DNA of 64,000 nucleotides from Promethearchaeota archaeon (GTDB lineage Archaea > Asgardarchaeota > Lokiarchaeia > Sigyniarchaeales > SOKP01): positions 64,001 to 128,000 of the forward strand of contig JAHLWP010000003.1 of the NCBI GenBank assembly GCA_019057865.1. Direction: 5' to 3'. Of this stretch, positions 57,853 through 64,000 are shown in pieces. Both the position numbers and the translations under genes were made by a program. The notes below the pieces were generated by a model, which was given only the letters and a program-made list of their open reading frames with translations, had not been told where the DNA came from and did no database searches. The first letter of the stretch is position 1. Every line of letters starts with the position of its first letter.

Positions 57853-59097
57853 TTATTCCTCTTGAAATATTTCTGGATGTACACATCTTCTCCATTCTTC
57901 TACAGTCTCTTTAGGACCTAGACCAATAAGTAAATCACCTTTATGAAAAAAGAAATCCGGTTTAAAACTGTAAATCCATTTATTTTCTCTTTTTAAGGCT
58001 ATAATATGGAATCCTTTTTTATAGCGCTTATCTTGAAGTTCCTTATATGTTTTTCCTTTAAAGTAAGAATCTTCTGATAACGTTTCCCTTACTACTATTT
58101 CTGGTGTCTCCTTAATTGCCTTTTGGAGGATTATGTGAGGTTCAAATCCTTTTAATATATTTTCTGCTATATGAGCTGCAGCATCAGCTATTTGTTCACA
58201 TGAGAACACTATCCTCATTATGCCAGTGAGAGATCTTGGAGAATCGAGCGTATGGGCAAAATCTAGTAAATCTTTTTCAAAGGTAATGTTAAGACCATCC
58301 ATTAATTCTTCCATTTCTAAAACATCTTCTGCAACTTCATAACTCTTAAAAAAAAGAGCTGCTAAAGCCAGTTCAATCATAGTTTCAGAAATATCTGTTA
58401 TATAAATATAATCTTTTTTTAAATCTTGAAGAGTATTAAAAATTTCAGGATTTTGAAGATCAAATTCAGGTTCTTTTTCTTGATTATCTAAATTGAAAGA
58501 GAATTCTTCCTCATCTTTAGCTATTTTTTTAAGTTCTCTAATCGGCTCAAGTTCTCCTTTTACGATTAAAGTATCATCTCTTAAGACTTTTTCATTTCTA
58601 TTAAATAACCAATTGTTTTTTCTCCTGATTGCTATTAAATCAACTCCATGCTTAGACCTAAAATGAACTTCTCTACGATATTCATCAATAAATTCACAAC
58701 CCTGTCTTACTGTAATTTTTACTATGGGTTCTGGAACTTCGTCCCAAAATAACTGTGTAAATTCACTTATATCGCTGTTAATATATACAACTCTAGCAAT
58801 ATCTGCAAGAGCATCTGAAATTTTATCGATAGAATATCCCATCACCACAATTGGCTCTAATTTTTTAGCTTCTTTAAATCCTCCAGCTTGGGTTTGAATT
58901 ATTTGTAAGTTTAGAAGGAATATTAATTCATGGATATGTTTTTCTATTTTGGAAGCCTCATCAGCTATTTCTTTGCTACTGAACTTTATTGCGCTATAAG
59001 CTAAGTCTATCATTAAGTCTATGCTCTGTTTCATTTCTTTAAGAATATCTTTCAACGAAAGGGGCTTATACTTAAACTTTCTTTTTTTCTCTGGCAT
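57853..59097 (-). CDS. Tandem PhoU + TrkA-C (RCK_C) domain regulator
   Basis: Duplicated MIDLAYSA/MIELALAA, ISDA.ADIA/IADAA.HIA and IAIRR/IIALKR..W repeats. Confidence 0.8.
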   Translation of the reverse strand: MPEKKRKFKYKPLSLKDILKEMKQSIDLMIDLAYSAIKFSSKEIADEASKIEKHIHELIFLLNLQIIQTQAGGFKEAKKLEPIVVMGYSIDKISDALADIARVVYINSDISEFTQLFWDEVPEPIVKITVRQGCEFIDEYRREVHFRSKHGVDLIAIRRKNNWLFNRNEKVLRDDTLIVKGELEPIRELKKIAKDEEEFSFNLDNQEKEPEFDLQNPEIFNTLQDLKKDYIYITDISETMIELALAALFFKSYEVAEDVLEMEELMDGLNITFEKDLLDFAHTLDSPRSLTGIMRIVFSCEQIADAAAHIAENILKGFEPHIILQKAIKETPEIVVRETLSEDSYFKGKTYKELQDKRYKKGFHIIALKRENKWIYSFKPDFFFHKGDLLIGLGPKETVEEWRRCVHPEIFQEE

Positions 59098-59127
59098 TGG
59101 TTTACTTTTTTTACTCCTATCTTTATT

Positions 59128-59679
59128 TTAAATAAATATTTGGATAAATATAATAAGAAATAATGGTGTTAAAAAATCTGCGAGTGAAGTTACAAAAGGG
59201 ATTAAAAAATTGTTTGGATCTTTTCCTTGTTTAAAAATGAAAATTGCACTAATAAATAGAAAAATAAACATTGATACAAAAAGTAATAGAACTGTAATTA
59301 ATAAAATGATAATGATTAAAAAGGGATTAACAATTTCTATTCCAGTAGCTATTCCCATACTATATCCTAGAACAATTAATGCAATTAGACTTATTAAAAT
59401 TGTTATTAAGAGTCCATAAAAATCTTCTTTTAATCTATCAGATTTCTGAATTTTTGGTGGTATAGTTCCTATATATAGATGCGAAGTTAAGCGAGAACTT
59501 AGAACTGTGGAAATATCTCCAGTTAAGGAGTTTAAAGATGGTAAAATTAAAAGTATAATTGGAAAACTGTATAAAATTCTCTCATTACTAGATAATACTG
59601 TTCCAGAGATTAAACCCATAAATGAAGATAATATCACAATTATGATTGATTCTTTAAAGATTTTCTTGAAATATTCCAT
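59128..59679 (-). CDS. MgtE/SLC41-type divalent cation transporter half
   Basis: P.LNSLTGDI..SRL and DPNN..IP.VTSLAD. Confidence 0.82.
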   Translation of the reverse strand: MEYFKKIFKESIIIVILSSFMGLISGTVLSSNERILYSFPIILLILPSLNSLTGDISTVLSSRLTSHLYIGTIPPKIQKSDRLKEDFYGLLITILISLIALIVLGYSMGIATGIEIVNPFLIIIILLITVLLLFVSMFIFLFISAIFIFKQGKDPNNFLIPFVTSLADFLTPLFLIIFIQIFI

Positions 59680-60234
59680 TTAGGGAACCCCCAACATTAT
59701 TAAAGATAAATAAAAACTAATAACTGTGAAAAAATCGTCAATCGCAGTCATTATAGGATTTACAACATTATTAGGATTTAATCTATATTTAAAAGCTAAA
59801 TAATTTAAGCTAGTCGAGCAAGGGATTGATACAGATATCGTAATTATTATAGATATAATTGGAATTTCAATAAGCATTAAATTTGATAGAATAGGGATTT
59901 TTATCAAAAATATATTTAAAACTATACTAAAAACACCAATAATGAAAGCTGTTACTATGGACAAAACATAAGTAGCGAGTATATTTTCAATCACCGATTT
60001 TCTATTAAACTCTCCAATAATTAGATCTCTTGAGGTTCTTGCTATATATGGTCCACTTATGTTTCCTCTTAATGATAATAATGCAGGAACTATTAATATT
60101 AAGATTAGAAAACTCTCAAATGGAACTATTAAAAGTGAAAGAACAATCCCCGCAAGGATATCTCCCACGATAGAAATGATTTCTGATGGGACTGTTTCTT
60201 TAACGATCTTTCCTTTACTATCTTGAGATTCCAT
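59680..60234 (-). CDS. MgtE/SLC41-type divalent cation transporter half
   Basis: PALLSLRGNI and NPNNVVNP.MTAIDD; adjacent to its partner half. Confidence 0.82.
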   Translation of the reverse strand: MESQDSKGKIVKETVPSEIISIVGDILAGIVLSLLIVPFESFLILILIVPALLSLRGNISGPYIARTSRDLIIGEFNRKSVIENILATYVLSIVTAFIIGVFSIVLNIFLIKIPILSNLMLIEIPIISIIITISVSIPCSTSLNYLAFKYRLNPNNVVNPIMTAIDDFFTVISFYLSLIMLGVP

Positions 60235-60329
60235 ATGCCATCCTCATCAGAATCCATTGCCTTGACAATAATATTTCCATTCATAATTATTTAAATTTTC
60301 TAATTATTAAAAATATTAAAAGATTCCTA

Positions 60330-60363
60330 AAAAAGGTTAATTAGTTAATTATTTAACCTTTTT
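60330..60363. promoter_or_regulatory. 11-bp inverted repeat upstream of the MgtE-TrkA-hxlB run
   Basis: AAAAAGGTTAA-n12-TTAACCTTTTT. Confidence 0.3.
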
Positions 60364-60503
60364 CTTAATCTAAATATTTATTTAGCACTAACATGACCAT
60401 AAATTTATTCAAAATCTAAATAAATAATTTTTCATAAGAAAATCTTTTAATACAATTAGTCATACCTAAGAAAAAGAAAAAAAATTAATTAAATTCTAAG
60501 GAC

Positions 60504-61004
60504 TTATTTACGTTTCCTCTTGATTATTAGTGCTGAAATTATAATTATTCCTATTATAAAGATTAATACGTTATATCCTGGAATGATAGGCTCTTCTTCC
60601 GCTCCTACTGATATATAAGATATTGCGGATATTACTCCCCAAGGCCAAGCGGGAGTTTCAATTGTAAATGAGTTTGTACTGTAATTATAAATGATAGTAA
60701 CATAAAAGTCAGGAGGAACTTCGTCCCATTCTAATGTTCCACTCATATTATAGGCATAAAATCGGAGTTCAATATTATTAAGATCGATAGATGATGGAAG
60801 TGTCATTGTCATCGTTATATTGCCATCAATTAATGCATAATGAGTAATAAGTTGATCAAAATAAGCTAGTGGTGTACCCTCAGGTAGAGATACATTAACA
60901 GGATTCATTGACAAGAAATTATAGATATATTCTGGTGTAGCTCCTCCGATAGATACATCAAGTTCAACAGTGACAGTCATATCTGTTATGAAATCACTAT
61001 TCAT
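60504..61004 (-). CDS. Surface-protein C-terminal domain with IPGY-TM-basic sorting signal (Loki-CTERM-like), possibly a 5'-truncated remnant
   Basis: Ends EEPIIPGYN-(hydrophobic)-KRKRK. No signal peptide, and an in-frame stop about 18 codons upstream. Confidence 0.65.
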   Translation of the reverse strand: MNSDFITDMTVTVELDVSIGGATPEYIYNFLSMNPVNVSLPEGTPLAYFDQLITHYALIDGNITMTMTLPSSIDLNNIELRFYAYNMSGTLEWDEVPPDFYVTIIYNYSTNSFTIETPAWPWGVISAISYISVGAEEEPIIPGYNVLIFIIGIIIISALIIKRKRK

Positions 61005-61129
61005 GGTAAAAGAATTAGTACCAAAAGATAGTGCTCTGTAAAATTTAGGATAATTTTAATTTCGAAAAATTAAATAATCTGACTATAGTAGAATAACTTT
61101 ATTTATTATTATATTATTTCTTAGTATTA

Positions 61130-61834
61130 ATGAAATCTCGTCAATATGAGTCTAGGTTTAAAGCAGGAGAATTTTTGGCAGAATTTGTTAAAAACGAGGC
61201 TAAAGTTTTAAATAACCTTATTAATCAAGATTCAAATCATTTTTTTTGTTTTGCCATTCCTAATGGGGGAATTTCTGTAACAGAGGGTTTTTGCTCTAAA
61301 TTTAATATCAAATATGATATTTTAATCGTACGAAAAATTAAGATTCCTTATAATACGGAAGCAGGTTTTGGATCTGTTACCACTGATGGAACTATTTTAA
61401 TTAATGAACCTCTACTAAATCAATTAGGGCTTTCTGAAAAAGCAGTAGAAGATTCAATTGATTTAACAAAACAAGAGATTCAAGATAGGCTGAAATTTTA
61501 CAATAAAGAAGTAAATTTAGAAGAACTTTATAAGAACAATATTCAAAATAAATGTATTTTCATACTTGATGATGGATTAGCTTCAGGTTTTACAATGTTA
61601 GCAGCAATAAAAATGATAAAAAAATATAACCCTATTAAAATTTTTATAGTTGTACCAACTGCTCCTTTAAGAACAGTTAAAAGAGTTGTTAAGGAGGTAG
61701 ATGAGATCTTTTGCCCTAATATTCGAGATGTTATGTGGTTTGCTGTTGCTGATGCATACAAAAATTGGTATGATGTTCCTGAGAATGAAGTTATAGAAAT
61801 ATTAAATAATTCCCAGTATTACTCAAATTTTTAG
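61130..61834 (+). CDS. Phosphoribosyltransferase-family protein
   Basis: AIPNGG, VRKI..P.N.EAGFG, ILDDGLASG.T and VPTAP. Confidence 0.88.
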   Translation: MKSRQYESRFKAGEFLAEFVKNEAKVLNNLINQDSNHFFCFAIPNGGISVTEGFCSKFNIKYDILIVRKIKIPYNTEAGFGSVTTDGTILINEPLLNQLGLSEKAVEDSIDLTKQEIQDRLKFYNKEVNLEELYKNNIQNKCIFILDDGLASGFTMLAAIKMIKKYNPIKIFIVVPTAPLRTVKRVVKEVDEIFCPNIRDVMWFAVADAYKNWYDVPENEVIEILNNSQYYSNF

Positions 61835-61944
61835 CTCGTGATTAATTCAATATTAAAAATATTCCAGGCTATCTGACATTAATTTAAATTTGAAGTACTT
61901 AATTCGTATGATAGTAAAAGAAAAGTAAAAAAAAAAGAGAATCT

Positions 61945-62211
61945 TTATGAACTAATCAAATGGAACAAGATAGAGGCATGTGGGATATAAAATTCATCGC
62001 GCTTTTTAATCACAACAGTGTGAAAGTATTCAGCAAGTCCCAGAAACCCTCTGATTACAGATTCATCTTCTTCAAATCTGAAGATAACATTTGCGATTGC
62101 TGATGACGTACTAAAACCCACTTTGTCGTATACACGCTCATCAATTAATGGAATTTTTAGTTCATTAACAATCTCATACACCCTTTTAATGAAAAGTTCC
62201 TTTTTTGGCAA
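61945..62211 (-). CDS. Small hypothetical protein
   Basis: TTG at 62211 after an AGGTGG SD; globular-looking sequence. Confidence 0.6.
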   Translation of the reverse strand: MPKKELFIKRVYEIVNELKIPLIDERVYDKVGFSTSSAIANVIFRFEEDESVIRGFLGLAEYFHTVVIKKRDEFYIPHASILFHLISS

Positions 62212-62503
62212 CTTTAACCCACCTAATATTAAAAACAATAAAGAATATCTTATTTTAAAAAATTTAATTAATTTTTAATTTTTAATAAATACAATGAAAT
62301 ATAGTATATAATATTATTAGATTTAGGATTTATAATAGTTAATGTTTTTTGTTTTGAATTTGGAAATACTAAAGGATTAAAATTTTATTTACGGATGGAA
62401 TAAAAATATAAATACATATTAATATAATAAAAATATAATCAATTAAAATAGTAATATAAATTATCATCTATTTTTCAAAAACAAGAGAGGAATTGAATAA
62501 AAC

Positions 62504-63205
62504 GTGGTTTCAAAAGAACAGAAAAAAATCGAACGCGTTATCAACTTTATGAAAAAAGGCTTAACATCTCTCGCTGATGATCTAGGAGAAACGGTAAAAG
62601 GAATAAATGATTTTATTAAATCTTTAGCAAAAGCTCAAAAAGATTTAAAGGAGATTTCTGTTATAGAAGAAGTTACTACTGTAAGTACCTCCTCTAAAAA
62701 AGTTCTTGCTCCAACTGGTACTACTGCGAAAACGAAAGCTGCAAGTACATTATTTAGTTTATTAAGTGGAAGTGGCCAAGTGGGTGCACCTATACCTGCA
62801 ACAGCTGCAGCTACTCCTAGTGCTCCCTCTGTTGCCGGTGGTCCTCCAAAACGCCCAGGTAAGAGAGGTCCTCCATCCGCACCAACTGGTGGAGCTCCTC
62901 CGACAGCGCCTAGTGGTGGTTCTCCTAAACGAGCTAATTTACCACCAGCTCCGAAATTACCGCCGGCACCAACTCCTGGAGCTACACCTCCAAAGGCACC
63001 AACTACTGGTGGTCCCCCTGCAAAACCACCTTCATTTGCTAAAAGACCCGGACCTCCTGCAACACCAACTGGGGCTCGTCCACCAACACCGCCTGGTGGA
63101 GCAACACCTGCAATAGCTCCTAAAGCGGGGGGAGGGTTAAGTTCTCTCCGTGATGAGATGTTAGACGAATTAAACCGATTAAAAAAGATAATGAGAGGAG
63201 AGTAA
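62504..63205 (+). CDS. Coiled-coil / proline-rich / WH2-like-tail protein
   Basis: N-terminal amphipathic helices, a >100-aa Pro/Gly/Ala/Thr tract (GGPP, PPTAP, PPAP), and C-terminal LRDEMLDELNRLKKI. Confidence 0.75.
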   Translation: MVSKEQKKIERVINFMKKGLTSLADDLGETVKGINDFIKSLAKAQKDLKEISVIEEVTTVSTSSKKVLAPTGTTAKTKAASTLFSLLSGSGQVGAPIPATAAATPSAPSVAGGPPKRPGKRGPPSAPTGGAPPTAPSGGSPKRANLPPAPKLPPAPTPGATPPKAPTTGGPPAKPPSFAKRPGPPATPTGARPPTPPGGATPAIAPKAGGGLSSLRDEMLDELNRLKKIMRGE

Positions 63206-63439
63206 GAAACTCAAAGAAACTTATATTTCTTTTTCTACAATTGTAAATTGTCTCATTTTTAATATTTTATTACACAATTCTAAATTTATAGATTATTTCA
63301 TCATATGTCATGTGACATCGAGTTCACCGAAATTTTATTAGTGTAAAAGTAATTAATATTTTAGACTTAATATAATATAATACTAGATATAGTTATTTAG
63401 GGTATTTATCTTAAAAATAAATTTAAACTATAATAAGGT

Positions 63440-64000
63440 ATGGGAAATCTTACTGTTGTTTTAGATATCGGTCAATTTTCTTCAAAAATTGGATTTGCAG
63501 GAGAGGACACACCATCTCAAGTGTTTTTGACTATAGTTGGAAAGCCAAAATATCAATCTTTAGATACTCAATATGGTTTGAAGGATTTAGAGGAAAAAGA
63601 ATTATATGTAGGCGATGAGATTCAATCAATTGGCTTATATAAAATATTTCAACCTATTGAAAAGGGGATAATTGTTGATTGGAAACATTTTCAAAATATT
63701 ATTGACTATATCTTTTATAACTTACGAGTAGATCCTAGTCTTGTTAATGTATTATTCGCTATACATCCATTATTTCCATATACTGATTTAGAAAGAATCT
63801 TTGAGCTCTTTTTAGAACGTTATCAGTGTATGGCGTTCTATCCAGTATTAGATTCCATGTTAACATTATATTCTGGAGGTTTTCAAACCGGTTTAATTAT
63901 TGAAATTGGTGATAGCAATACCAGAATAGTACCGATTTATCAAGGTTATAAAATAGAACATGCAGTAAAGATGTTAGATATTGGGGGGAGAGTATTAACT
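63440..64000 (+). CDS. Actin-family protein (Asgard actin/ARP-like), 3'-truncated by the window end; not in ORF track
   Basis: Translates MGNLTVVLDIGQFSSKIGFAGEDTPSQVF..VGKPK..YVGDE..PIEKGIIVDW..LYSGGFQTGLIIEIGDSNTRIVPIYQGY..LDIGGRVLT, giving actin phosphate-1 and phosphate-2 motifs. Confidence 0.93.
   Translation, partial: MGNLTVVLDIGQFSSKIGFAGEDTPSQVFLTIVGKPKYQSLDTQYGLKDLEEKELYVGDEIQSIGLYKIFQPIEKGIIVDWKHFQNIIDYIFYNLRVDPSLVNVLFAIHPLFPYTDLERIFELFLERYQCMAFYPVLDSMLTLYSGGFQTGLIIEIGDSNTRIVPIYQGYKIEHAVKMLDIGGRVLT

Noticed and set aside
2165-61761. Many short ORFs antisense to or nested in long genes (e.g. 2165-2482, 11292-11657, 31902-32282, 36007-36390, 44134-44577, 47125-47589, 50090-50431)
   Set aside because: They are shadows of well-supported genes on the other strand or frame and carry no motifs of their own.
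62766-63116. 116-aa Leu/Gln/His-rich ORF
   Set aside because: It is an alternative frame of the proline-rich repeat gene; its composition follows from shifted CCA/CCT codons.
63305-63318. Palindrome ATGTCA-tg-TGACAT upstream of the actin gene
   Set aside because: 6-bp arms are expected by chance in 64 kb, and I saw no second copy.
1-64000. rRNA, tRNA, CRISPR arrays, transposases, integrases, ESCRT genes
   Set aside because: None recognised by eye. Intergenic gaps are short and AT-rich. tRNAscan-SE/Infernal were not run, so small RNAs cannot be fully excluded.

Overview
AT-rich, gene-dense archaeal DNA, very likely from an Asgard archaeon (Lokiarchaeia-like). The inference rests on TBP/TFB, an archaeosortase with an IPGY-type sorting substrate, and many eukaryotic-signature genes. 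The main feature is a ~15.5 kb cluster (7994-23430). It holds a ubiquitin module (Ub precursor ending GG-YYKH, E1, E2, JAB/MPN+ protease) and four paralogous 7-TM membrane proteins, three of them fused to a C4C4 RING-like domain. It also holds two uDENN/longin-like-Rab fusions, a stand-alone Rab-like GTPase and two longin-degenerate-GTPase proteins, one extended by helical repeats and a nitrilase domain. Together these suggest a receptor-coupled ubiquitination/GTPase signalling system. Other notable items: a proline-rich protein with a WH2-like tail upstream of an actin-family gene (cut by the window end, absent from the ORF track); two P-type ATPases with non-canonical ion-site residues flanking a DedA/VTT gene; a CWH43-like membrane EEP protein near a DUF998 gene; and three genes that appear to start at ATT/ATA. 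The rest is metabolism and housekeeping (ppsA, kbl/tdh, kce, AOR, GlcD/GlcF-like, LLM oxidoreductases, nfo, hxlB, MgtE/TrkA-PhoU). I recognised no rRNA, tRNA, CRISPR array or mobile element. All calls are by-eye motif recognition; no searches were run.
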